Below are positions 50,037-64,000 of a DNA stretch of 64,000 bases, piece after piece (the first letter of the stretch is position 1; the number at the start of each line of letters is the position of its first letter). A model generated the notes under the pieces. That model worked only from the letters and a program-made list of their open reading frames with translations. It made no database searches and was not told the DNA's origin. A program made the position numbers and the translations under genes. Source of the DNA: Eledone cirrhosa (taxonomy: Eukaryota); NCBI GenBank assembly GCA_964016885.1, contig OZ024742.1, positions 286,998,001 to 287,062,000 on the forward strand. Reading direction: 5' to 3'.

Positions 50037-53000
50037 TATAACATGTGATTGCAAGATCATTGTTTACATCAACGTATCACTCAAGGCTAGCAGTTTGAAA
50101 TTGTTGTATACATCAGCAACTCCGCTTTAAGGGGGGCTCTTTTATATTAGTTGTCGGGGTCAGGGATTGAAGTTTAAAAATTAGACAAAAATATATAATT
50201 CACGCATCAACATTAAACCAAGAGACTTGGGGTCCCGTAGAAGCACCTTAGAAAATCCCTCAATGAGTGCATAAAGCTTACAGGCTCCAATACACCTATT
50301 AGTCTAGAAGAAAATTAAGAGGCTAATAAAATAAGAAAATAAAAATATAAAGTTTCCCTAAAAAATATATAGAGTTTCTATGAAATTTCTTCTAGAGAAA
50401 AAAATTTTTTTGAAAGAAAAAAAACCTTCTTCCCCCGAGATCACGTTTACAAAATTCAGAAAGGCCCCTTTACTATTTCCAATAGGAACTTCTTCCAAGA
50501 GACCCTTCGAAGAATTAAAATTTTAGAGAGCCTTTGAGGATAAATATAAATATATATATATATCAGGAACTATTAAACCCTTAACATCCTGTAGTGATTT
50601 AGTAGAAAATATCTAAAACCCGGGTTTGTTAATTCATATACAATGGGATGTGGGGAAGAGATGACAGTGAGGAGATTTGTGTGGGAGATTGGAAGGGGGC
50701 AAAAAAGAAGGTCAATTTCCTGGTTTCTAATATCAGATCATGTTTAACCCTTTAGTTACCAACCTGGCCAAAACTGCATCTGATCCTATAAAATAAAATC
50801 ACTCATTTCAAAGGTTCCCAATTTAAATTAAAATCTTCCAACATTATTTATAAGAACCTTATATCAAGATTCTATCTTAGTAATGAAATAATTAATAATT
50901 TTAGTAAATCCCTTGAAATTCTTCATTAATTAAAATAGAGTTAACTTTGCCTTTCATCCTTACGGGGTCGATAAAATAAAGTACCAGTAATGCACTGGGT
51001 AATTGCTGGCCTTGTGCCAAAAGTAGAAACAATTAATTAAAATAGAGTATATTTCATTAGAAATGTGGTCATGAAAGAGTTAACCCTTAACATCTAGTAA
51101 TGATTTAGTAGAAAATATCTAAAAGGGTTTGTAAATTCAAATATTGTGGAACGGAGAGTAGAAAACAGTGAGAAAATTTGTGTGGGAGACAGGACATGGA
51201 GGGGACAAAAAAAGGGGGGACTTTCCTGGTATCTATTATATATATCAAGTAATGTTTATAAGGATTTTAACAGCCAGTAATGATTTAGCAGAAAATATCT
51301 AAAAACAGATTTGTTAGACAGATTGTGAAAATTTGCAATATTAGAGTAAAGATTTTAAATTTAAAAGTTATACAGTCATAGTGATGTTTTGTACTTTTCA
51401 AGAATATCTTACTTGTTAATGTGATGGTTTGTTAATTCAAATATTTATAATATCTTTACTTGATATAGAGATTGTTGTGTAACTTGGCAATATTGAAGTA
51501 AAGATTTAAATTGTTAAAGTTACGCAGTCATATTGCTATTTTGTACTATACAAGAATATCGTGCTAATGTGGTTTCATGTGGTACAGGACACAGGGAGCT
51601 AATCTAAACAAAGTTACAAAGTCATCTGTGTTAAACTTAGATATTCTTCAAATAATAAGCAATGAAGTTATTATAATAGTATTTAGTTGAACAATCATTG
51701 GGTGTATCCAAAAATAAAACTATTGGAGCCTCATCAGAAGCTATGTACACATTCATACAGTCTTGGTTAATTCTGTACTGTATATATACAGATATGTATT
51801 TATCATATATTCCAGTGGCTTAATGTATAACATTAATTTTATCTACTATCAGGTTATGTTCATAAGATATTTTCAAAAAATCGTCTGGTGGTAAGGGTGT
51901 TGGACTTACGGTCATAATGCTGTGGGTTCAATTTCTGGACTGGGTTATGTGTTGTGTTCTTGAGCAAAACACTTTCACATTACTCCAGTATACTCTGTTG
52001 AAAATGAATACCAGCACTAGCTGAGATTTTAACCCTGCAATAGGTTGGTGTCCTGTCCAGGGGAAAGTCTTGTACTCTCAGTTGCTTTATGCCACAGAGT
52101 GAGTGTGTGAGAGAGTGTGTGCTTGTGTGAATGAGAGTGTGTGAGAACACTGGCCTGATGAGCCTCTAAGCTCAGACAGACTTTAGACTTTTTTTAGAAT
52201 GTTACTAAATAGAGTTAAAAACAAACAAACAATGCTGTGTACAAATTACAGTTGAATTAGTAATACTAATGTCCTAGATAGTAAAAACAGAAACAAGTCT
52301 TTTAGTAAGCATCAGTAGTAGCTATTAGTAACTATTTACTACACAATAACTTCATTGATAAACTTTGGAAAGAAATAGAGCAACAAAGAAGAAAGTCTGA
52401 AAACATACTTAATAAACTTAACATTTCTATTTTCGAGGAATTTTGTCCAAATTCTCCTTAGCTATTTTGTTTCTTCTCACAAAATGTTATTGTCAACAAT
52501 TTATCATATACTTTACCATTTTGGTAATGGTGGTGGAATGTATTTGTAGTACAGTCTTTCTCCATTTATCTCTCCCTTTTGTCATTGAGACAAATAATCT
52601 ATTTCATCTAGTACTTCCTCATCTGAAAGTTTCACCAGTTCTTTTAACCCTTTATTTACCAACCTGGCCAAAACCAGTCTGGTTCTATGAAATATAATCA
52701 CCTGTTTTAAAGGTTTTCAATTTAAATTAAAATCTTCCAAAATAATTACATACACACATGGTGGCTGCCAACTCGTTTTCGAGTACGGCCACTACTTTAT
52801 ATCCATGTAGGAGAACCCCTACCGATGCACTGAACGAGTGTGACTTTTTAGTCCAGCCAGCGACTTGAAAACTCTGGTACAAACACTACACTTGTGACAA
52901 TTATTGTCACATAGTGCTGGGCCCATGGTACCATGTGACGACAAGTGCAGAGAGATCTCCAGATATAAAGCAATGCCTGTGCCGTGAAGCTTTTATAGTG

Positions 53001-53309
53001 AGCAAAGGCACTGCACGAAGCCAGTCCCACTCTCTTAACCAAGATGATATTTACCAAAAAGAAGAACAAGTCAACATCATTGGATACCATCAGAGTTGCA
53101 GGTGTTATATCAGAGTTTTCCTTCTCCTAGAATTCTGCCTTGACAAAGGCTAAGGGGTCATCTCTCCCAGTGATTTTGGATGGCCATTGACTCTTAAGAG
53201 CTCCTTTGCCCTTTGACAGGTTTTGTTTTTAGTCCTGCAGGATGTCCAAAGCCACCCTCCTTACCAAGAAACCTTGGTGGGGTTGCCAGTTTAGTCGCCA
53301 ATGACCCGA

Positions 53310-55170
<1,861 letters not shown>

Positions 55171-55899
55171 GCCTTTGTCATTGCACCTGCCTACAGAGAA
55201 AGTTAGTGTGTGAGAGAGAGAGTGTGTATGGGAGAGTGAGAGAGTGTGTGTGTGAGAGCAAGGGAGAGGGAATGTGAGAGGGAGAGAGAGAAAGAGAGAG
55301 AATATGTAGGTTCAACAACAAAAGAATTATAATTTCAACTTAGATGAGTTATTCAAATAATAAAAACCATAAAAGAAATAACAGAACTCTAGCCATTCAT
55401 TATTGTAGCTTGTAGTGAAGTGTGTTTAATGGTGGAACAACTTAATATGTCTACCTGAGAAGATATACAGGTGCATTGGATAGCTTTAAGGAAACCACAT
55501 TATTTTATTTGACACAGCTGTTTATACAAAAACAAAACAGTATTCAAGGGAACTACAGAGAAAGAAAAGGGGGGAGGATGAAATAACCCTTTGTTAACAA
55601 CCTGACTAAAACTGGCTCTAGTTCTATGAAATAAGACCACCCATTTTAAAGGTTTCCAATTTAAATTAAACTTTTCCAACATAATTTTATATAAGAACCT
55701 TACATTAAATTACTATCTTAGTAATGAAATAATTAATAATTTTAGTAAATCGCTTGAAATTCTTCATTAATTAATTAAAATAGAGTATATTTCATAAGAA
55801 ATGTGGTCATGAAAGGGTTACACAACTAAAGAAAGGAGGAGAGACAGACTCTACACCCCTGTCTAGGAAATGTTTCAGCTCCACCCCACAGACAAAATG

Positions 55900-56290
55900 G
55901 CCAAGGCATTACCACGGAGAATGGCAAGAGACACCGACTGCAACAGCCACTCCACCTCACGAGGCTCCCTCCTCAACCTGCTGTCTTTCCAATTTTACGG
56001 AGGAAATCAGCAGTGCGGAGGCCAAGGACACCAGAGGTCTCAATAGAGACCAGTACAAAGAGGAAGTGGTCGGTCAGGCCCTGGTGTTTATCTTTCTCCC
56101 CTCTGTGATAATGTGGGGACCCAGGATACCAGAGCTCTCAACAGAGTCCGATACAAAGAGGAAGCGGTCAGTCAGGCCCAGTTCTTTAACTATCTTTCTC
56201 TCCTCTGCATTGCAGGTAGTGGAGCTCAGGTTTATGGCCGATGCAACAAGGTTGAAGGCAAAGAACGAGTCACAGCACATCATGTCCCAG
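55900..56290 (-). mobile_element. CRE-like retrotransposon C-terminal fragment (a further copy at ~57310-57490 on +)
   Basis: Nucleotide and peptide similarity to 20800-21038 (ETSGVLG...PREVEWLLQ..SLA). Confidence 0.55.
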
Positions 56291-56319
56291 TGAGGAAATT
56301 AATAAAAGTGAGTTTACTT

Positions 56320-56672
56320 CTTATTGAAAAGCATGGATTATACAAGAATGCTTCACGCTGCTCTGGACATCTGGAGACAACACTCTACAAAAGAACTTCT
56401 CCGTGGTAATTTACCACTAATATTTAATGTCATCAGAGAAAGAAGAACAAGATTCACTGGACATAGCTAGAGAGAAAAAGATGAGATCATCAGCGACGTT
56501 CTTCTTTGAGAACCAAATCATGGGAATGCAAATATTGGTAGCTCACATTGAACCTACATAAAGCAACTATGCGAGGATTCTGAGTGTACCTGAGAAGACC
56601 TACCATGAGCAGACTGGAGAGAACGAGTCATGGTGATCCGTGCAATAATCACGCCCAGATGATGATGATAAT
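56320..56672 (+). mobile_element. Old RTE-like LINE 3' fragment
   Basis: ..RRTRFTGHS..EIISDVLL*EP.HG..TYIKQL.ED.. followed by a gatgatgat tail. Confidence 0.55.
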
Positions 56673-56874
56673 AAGCATGAAAATCCATTTTTAGTTTAAT
56701 CTGTTGTGTATGCTATATTTTAGTATATGCCCAATATATAATTATTTAGTACAAGGTTAAATATTAGCAGGAGATAGACATAGTTGATTAAATTGGCTCC
56801 AATTAACGATGGTTAATTATTTGATTGACATCAGGAGCATGTAACTATAATGTCAGCACTGCTACAACTGAGAA

Positions 56875-57206
56875 CATCATCATCATCATCATCATCATCA
56901 CTGTCATCATCATCATCATCATCATCACTGTCATCATCATCAACACACAGAACATCACTATCACGAGAACATATATAGACATCACCATCATCATGAGAAT
57001 ATATATAGACATCATCATCATCATGGAAACATATATAGATATCATCAGAACATATACAGATATTATCATCATCACCACCACATATAGACATCATCATATT
57101 CTTAAGAACATATACATATATCATCATCATCCTCATATTCATAAGAACATATATAGACATCATCATCATCATCATCATCACATATAGGCATCACCATCAT
57201 CATCAT
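56875..57206. repeat. (CAT)n-based minisatellite
   Basis: (cat)n runs alternating with gaacatatatagacat units. Confidence 0.85.
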
Positions 57207-59185
57207 AAGACTATATATGGACAAAACCAAAAGTATTAACCCTTTCATTGTTCTACCATTCCATAAATAGGATACTAACAATACAATAGAAAAACAAATT
57301 GGTTGCTCTCTAACAGGTTTGCAGTTGGGCCCGTAGCAGTGGAAACTTCTAGTGTCCTTGGCCGCAGGACCACATCCTTACTCACCACCATCAGCACGGA
57401 GTTGGCTACCCACAGGCGTGAGCCTCGTGAGCTGGAATGGCTCTTCCAACATGTCTCCCTCACTATCCTCTAGGAAAATACCTTCTGTATTTCATTCGCT
57501 GAGGCCACAGGTTGGCCAGCTTGTGGGCCCTCATTTGTTTATAATAGTGAGAGATGAGGAAAGAGAGAGAGAGAAAGAGAGATGGAGGCAGTGACTATAC
57601 CAACATTGCTGAAGTATTTTGTAGAGTTAATTTAGCATTTACATCACTCTACATCTACTATTGTATTTTCATGGTAAAGGCTTTACCTCACATAATTATC
57701 TCACATAATATTGAATCTATGAGATTTTGATATTTATTTTGAGAACAATACCTTAACGTCAGTATGAGCGGCCAGTTACAGCCAGTTTGAACAGAAAGAG
57801 GTGAGAAAATTCTGGCCAGATATGGCCGGTTTAAATGGTATAGGGTTAAGAAAAAGAAAAGATTTTATCAACAACAACCACATTACTTATAAATACATGT
57901 TAGGAAAACCTTTGGTTCTAAGGTCTGCAAGATCAGGGTTGACATAGGTCTTAATGACAACAACAACAACCATCACACGTGTTAGATAGTAAACTACTTG
58001 ACATTCAACGATGTCCCAAAATATTTTATGAATAAAGACAAGTTTATAATTACTTTTTAATTACTGGTAATTACAAGAATAAGCAATTGCTAACTAATGA
58101 CTTTTCAACCACTCATTACATTCTCTATTTAATTAAAATATAATTTAGAATAGAAGAACTTGTAGGGTGGTATTAAGTCTGATTTACTTTCAATTAGCCT
58201 TTTCATTACTTTATTTCTAACGAAGAAAGACATTGCCTATGTCATTGACCCGTTCATTATTGTCGATAAAATAAAACACCAATAATGCACTGGGATAATT
58301 GCTGGCCATGTGCCAAAAGTAGAAACAATTATTATGTTTCTAACGAAAGGCATTGTCAATGTCATTAACCCTTTCATATATCTAATGAAAGACACTACCT
58401 ATGTCCTTAACCCTTTAATTACCTTATTTCTATTGAAACATATTTCCTATATCATTAACCCTTTCATTACCATATTTCTAATGAAAGACATTGCCTCTAG
58501 TTTTCAAATAATGAAGAATTTGGAGGTATTTAGTAATATTACTTTCTCATTATTAAGATATGGTTTTGAAAGTAACTTAACAAAGGGTCTTCATAAAATT
58601 AAGGTGGAAGGTTTTTAGATAAATAATTGTATGGACCTATAACTACTGTGGGAGTTGTTAAGGTGTTGTATTGACATACACTGTTTCTTGGTAATTTTAA
58701 GCCTGGCAGATCCCATCTCGTCTCTATGTCTGAACACAGAGAAGGAGAGAGTGATAAAGAGGAAGTGAGAAAGCGATATAGAGGAAAAAATCAACCCCAG
58801 TACTAAACTGATACTTTTTATTGACCTCAAAATGATGAAAGGTAAAGTTGACCTTGGCGAACTTTGAACTCACACAGAGCTGGACTGAATACCACAAAGC
58901 ACTCTAATGACTCTACCAGTTTGCCACCTTTTAAACTAAATATAAACACTGTACAAGTTCTATATAATAGAAGCAAGGGGAGTCTGAAGCGGTTTGGTAT
59001 GGAAAGGGTTAAATATCAAAACAACTGGCTATGCTTGTCCATGCAGGGGCAGCCAGTGAGTGGGCCCCTATTTGCCTTTAATAGTGAGAGATGGGGAGAG
59101 CAAGAGAGATAGAGGGAATTTGATTTGACAATGGGAATTTGATTGCTGGCCTGGTGCCAAAAGTAGAAACAATTATATTCAAATC

Positions 59186-59382
59186 AGGACGGTAGATTGG
59201 CAGTATGGGTAGAGGGTCGGATGCCATGCTTTGCAGCAAAGAGTTACGGCCCTTTATGGTCCGAGTTCAAATCCCGCCGAGGTTAACTTTGCCTTTCATC
59301 CTTACGGGGTCGATAAAATAAAGTACCAGTAATACACTGGGATAATTGCTGGCCTTGCGCCAAAAGTAGAAACAATTATATT
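59186..59382 (+). mobile_element. tRNA-derived SINE family 1, full copy, in a cluster of older copies
   Basis: Matches 21951-22145; the tail segment is duplicated just upstream (~59143-59185). Confidence 0.85.
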
Positions 59383-60292
59383 CAAATCTAATATATATGT
59401 TCTTTACTGAAATTTTCAACTTATACTTTTACTGAACGCATTCTTTAAAGACAAGTTCCAAACTTTCATCAGTTATCAACAGCTAATGAATTGAGTGGTT
59501 AGAACTAAGAACACAATAGCTGGTGGTATTTGATACAGGTGTTTGCACTCTGAGTTCAAATACTGTTGTGATCAACTTTGCCTTTCATCTTCTGGGAGGA
59601 AGGGAGGTAATAAGATACATGTCCAGGGCAATGATTTGGTAGACCATTAGAATGTTGGTTGGAATGATTCACAGTATTCATTCCAACTCTCGGTGTTCTG
59701 AGTTCAAAACCCGACAAGGTCAACTTTGCCTTTCATTTTTTCACTTTTCAGGATTGATAAAAAAAAAAAGTACCAGTCCAGTACTAGGGTTGATTCTTCA
59801 TTTATATCTCTTTCTCACTTCCTTTCACCTTCTCTCTCTCTCTGTCATCTGGAAGAAATTGGCTGTGTTCAAACCTAGAGAGGTGATGGGGGTCTTCCAG
59901 GTTTAAAAGTGCTCCAGAAATATCATAGGTTACAACAGCATACCTAGAACTCTATCCATCCATCTGTTCATCCATACATAATAGCCATCAACTAACTAGA
60001 CATGTAAGACCATCACTGGCAAATAATATATCTCTATTGGTGACTGTGAGCTCCTGTGGTGGCTCTTAAGCCTGCTAGGGACTTCAGGGAGATTAAGCAT
60101 GACACAGAAGGGGACACGGCCGGCCCTTCGAATTACAGGTACAACACATTTTTGACAGCTAAGTGAACTAGAGCAAAATGAAATAAAGTGTCTTGCTCAA
60201 GGATCTAATGTGCTGCAGGGAATCAAACTAACGATGTTACGATCATGTGCCTAACCACATACATATTATATGTGTGTATATATATATATATA

Positions 60293-60875
60293 CTAGCTAA
60301 AGTACCCGTCCTTTGGACGGTTCAAGTAGCTTTCGATGTAGCTCATTAAACTAAACAAAGTAAATTTGAATACATAGAAGAAAAACATACTTTATGTAAA
60401 CATGAAAACCTTAGGCACTATTCCAGCGAAATAATTAATATGTTAGCTCGGTGTCATCCATTATCCCATGTAACAACAGAAATCTAGTCTAGGTATAAAT
60501 TTTTTTGGCAACAGTAAAACCTTTTGTTTCAAGTACAAAGAGTAAAGTAAAATCCGAATGAGCCGAATTGTAATAATCAAAATCCCAAAACAAAATGTTT
60601 GACAACATCAAAAATGAGTTCCTATTGTATTGACGAAAGATAACTCTTGTCTTACTTAATCACGAAAATTGACACAAATAACCGAAACTTTTTTAATGTC
60701 TCCAAAGGCCCCAATATCGATTTTTGAAAGCCTTTGTAGATCATGTACAGGTTTTGTGCAAGGAGAAATTCTGTAAAAAATTTCAAAGAAATCGCATGAA
60801 TGGTTTAGAATATATGAGCCCTCATTAAAAATTGTCCACACACACATACACAGAAAACTTCATCTTTATATATAT
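60293..60875 (-). mobile_element. Non-autonomous Helitron-like element
   Basis: Minus-strand 3' end has the hairpin CCGTCC-AAA-GGACGG followed by CTAG; the 5' end is tatataaagatgaagtt plus a (TG) microsatellite; inserted in TA. Confidence 0.6.
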
Positions 60876-61195
60876 ATATATACATATATACACGCGCGCC
60901 CTCACACACACACATACATGTGTTTATTTTGTTTAAAACTTAACCAATCTTCCAGGATACATTCTCTCAACAACTCCAGCCCCTGAAATCTGAATTACTT
61001 TCAAAAATAGACTCAAATTAAAAATGCAGTGCAATGATTCCTATCACAGAATTTAAATTAAATTTTATTTTAATTTAAACATTCAAACAATTTCAAGAAG
61101 ATATAAACTGGGATGCAAATTACATTTACATGTGCTCTTAGAATAAAGACCACCACCACCACCATCATCATTGTCATGTGCCCTTAGAATAAAAA

Positions 61196-61226
<31 letters not shown>

Positions 61227-63559
61227 TCAACTGGTTTAAGATCTTACTTATCACAAACATTAAATGTAAAGATGTTGGAAGAAAATGTAAACCTTAACAC
61301 TTTTCGTCTCATTTATAGCATTTATAGTTCTTTCCTCTATTTTCCCATACAGCCAGATCCGTCCTTCTTTACCCCTTTCACCCTGTTTTTTCATTACTTA
61401 ATTTTTCTAACTTTTTTTCCATATTTCCATCATTGCATAACTTCTGTTTGTAAAATATAGTGGACATACTATGTTTATGTATAACAGATAACAAAATTTT
61501 CTTATTTATAAAAAAAATACATTACTAAATGTGTTCTTTTGAAATACACAATGAAATCTCTACAGTGGAGTTAACTCTTTAGCATTTAAACCAGCCATAT
61601 CTGATCTGAATTCTCTCACCTCTTTCTGTTCATAACCAGCTGCCCATACTGATGTTATGGTATTATTCTCAAAATAAATAATATCAAAATCTCATAGATT
61701 CAATATTATGTGAGATAATTATGTGAGTTAAACCTTTACTGTGAAAATAAAACAATAGTATATATAGAGTAAAGGGTTAAATGTGTACTGTTGAAATACA
61801 CAATGACATCTCTACAGTGAATTTAAACTTGTGATATGTCAGCTAAAGTTACTCCACTGTGAACTGCCATTTCATTTCAATAATTGTCATCATTGTCGTT
61901 ATTTTATGTCTATTTTTCAAACTTTCATGTGTTAGACAAATTGTCATGCTCTGAAGCTCACAAGCAGTTTAGATCACTATCTTGCCCATATGTTCCATTT
62001 TGTCATGGTTACTTTGATCATTTCACAGCTTGTACCAGGTTGGCTTTTGTTTTTCCTAGCGCAACCACTACCACTTAACAGAGTGAACTGGGTGCCTTTT
62101 TTTTTCATGACACCAGTACTACCACTTTATAGTGTGGGCTGGACATTTTATGGTGGCACCAGCACTACTACTTTACAGAGTGGACTGGATGTTTTTTTCC
62201 TGGTTCCAGCACTACCACTTTACAGTGTGGGCTGAACACATTTTATCGTGGCACCACCACTACTACTTTAGAGTGTGTGCCGGATCATTTGATTGTGGCA
62301 CCATCACTACCACTTTACAGAGTGGGCTGAATGATGATTCAACCCATGTATAACTGCTGCGATAGTTTTCCTGACAAGAGATGTTTTAATATAAAACTGC
62401 CAATGAAACAGCCACAAGTAAAACTGTACCCAATTACAACATTAACAATATAAACATTTCATTAGAACATCAAAGTCCAATATCCTAATTACTTAATCAT
62501 CAATTTTCCATAACATTTTAAATAGCAGCAATGGTTCAAATTCTTTCAAAGCTTTCATACAAGAAAATCTCAACAGAAGAGTTCCAGCTAGATCCTGTCA
62601 ACAAAATTTCCATACAGTTTAAATACACAAGTCTTCAATATCCAAATGGTACACAGGAATCATGACCGAGGTGCGGCCCAGCTCCTTTAGAGGGTAAGAA
62701 GTTAAGGGCCGAAACAGTTGCTTGAAGGGAGGATTCTTCTCTGAAGACCTTCTGCTGTCCAGCTCTCCTGAGAGTTTCTTACCATTTGTGATAGATACCT
62801 AAGATATAACAGCAATTATTGATACTTATAGATACCCAAAATTATTGATAATTAAAGATATCCAACATATAACAGCAATTATTGATAATTAGCTATGATT
62901 ATAATCAACTATAATAACAGCGAATGTATGTGTATTTATTTATATATTTGTCCATCACTCACTGAAAGGAGATGAGGAAGGAAGGGGTTGGTGACAACCT
63001 TTAGAAAAAAGCAATCAGTGTTCTAAGATGCCGCTACACTTGTGTGAGTATATGTGTAGCAAATTGGCTACTATTACTGTAGTGTGTGTGAATATATGTA
63101 AACTTGTGTGAGTGTATGTGTGTTTCTGTATATATATTTATATACTCATACATATAAATATATACATATGCACACCAAGATATTATCTTGGTTATCTCTG
63201 TTAGTAATGGATATTTTGTTTTTTTTTTGCCCCAAAAATATACAATAAAAGAATTAAGCTAAAAACTTGGTTTTGTACCCTTAAAACATTACAATTAACT
63301 GTCATTTTTGACGGCACAGCCAATGTGTTTATATATTTATCTGTCACACACTGGAAGGGAAAGATACATAGACAATAGAATTGCAAACACACATGCACAT
63401 ATCTACACATACATATACAGATGCATTAGACAAAATAATTATTACATACACACACATCTATGTGATGACTGAGGAAATAAGGGCGTGGTGAGAAACTATA
63501 GAAGACCAGCGTTCTAAGTTTCATTACACTTGTACACTAATTAGATACTATAAAGGCAT

Positions 63560-63960
63560 AGTGTTGGTGAGACAATAAATGTACCCAGTACACACTGTAA
63601 AATATTGGTAATAAGAAGGGCATCCAGCTGTACTGTAGAGAACTTGCTAAACAAAGAGTAGAGTGGATTTTTCAGTTGTGTCATAGCCATGACATCTCAT
63701 ATTGGTACTACGATAAAATGTACTCAGTACACTCTGTCGAATGTGGCCATGACAACATCTCTCATACTGGTACCACAATAAAATGCACCCAGTATACTCT
63801 GTAGTGTGTGGCCGTGACAACATCTCATACTGGTACCACAATATAATGCACCCAGTACACTCTTTAGAGTGTGGTCATGACAACATCTCTCATATTGGTA
63901 CCACAATATAATGCACCCAGTACACTCTTTAGAGTGTGGTTATGATAACATCTCTTGTGT
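63560..63960 (+). repeat. Degenerate ~50-bp tandem units related to the RTE 3' UTR repeat (also ~62020-62330)
   Basis: Repeated gcacccagtacactct..agtgtgg.catgacaacatctc..ggtaccacaata. Confidence 0.7.
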
Positions 63961-64000
63961 TAGTGGGGTGGCTGTTACAGCGCGTGTCTGACCATTTTCT

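Noticed and set aside
56825-57187. Poly-Ile/His/Asp/Met ORFs
   Set aside because: Translations of a (CAT)n minisatellite.

Overview
Eukaryotic (animal) genomic DNA, AT-rich and dominated by repeats; the repeat content suggests a mollusc, possibly a coleoid cephalopod, but that is inference. One host gene is supported: a minus-strand SLC17/anion:cation symporter (MFS) gene. Six coding exons (40519-40343, 32634-32475, 20079-19967, 18848-18723, 15979-15775, 14783-14639) splice in phase at GT-AG sites into about 308 aa. The remaining 3' exons and the first non-coding exon were not found. The introns contain two RTE-clade LINE families (near full-length, truncated and nested copies) and several Penelope-like elements (RT/GIY-YIG). 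They also hold a hAT transposon carrying a LINE-in-LINE nest, an internally deleted hAT with intact ends, mariner, piggyBac-type, Helitron-like and CRE-like relics, tRNA-derived SINEs, a 48-bp satellite with a 7-mer higher-order repeat, and very long (TA/CA)n tracts. The most notable unexplained structure is a dense set of minimal hammerhead ribozyme motifs and short ORF-less fold-back elements sitting in (TA)n tracts. One of these is a 486-bp palindrome with two outward-facing hammerheads of a non-canonical U-U type. All calls come from manual reading; no searches were run.
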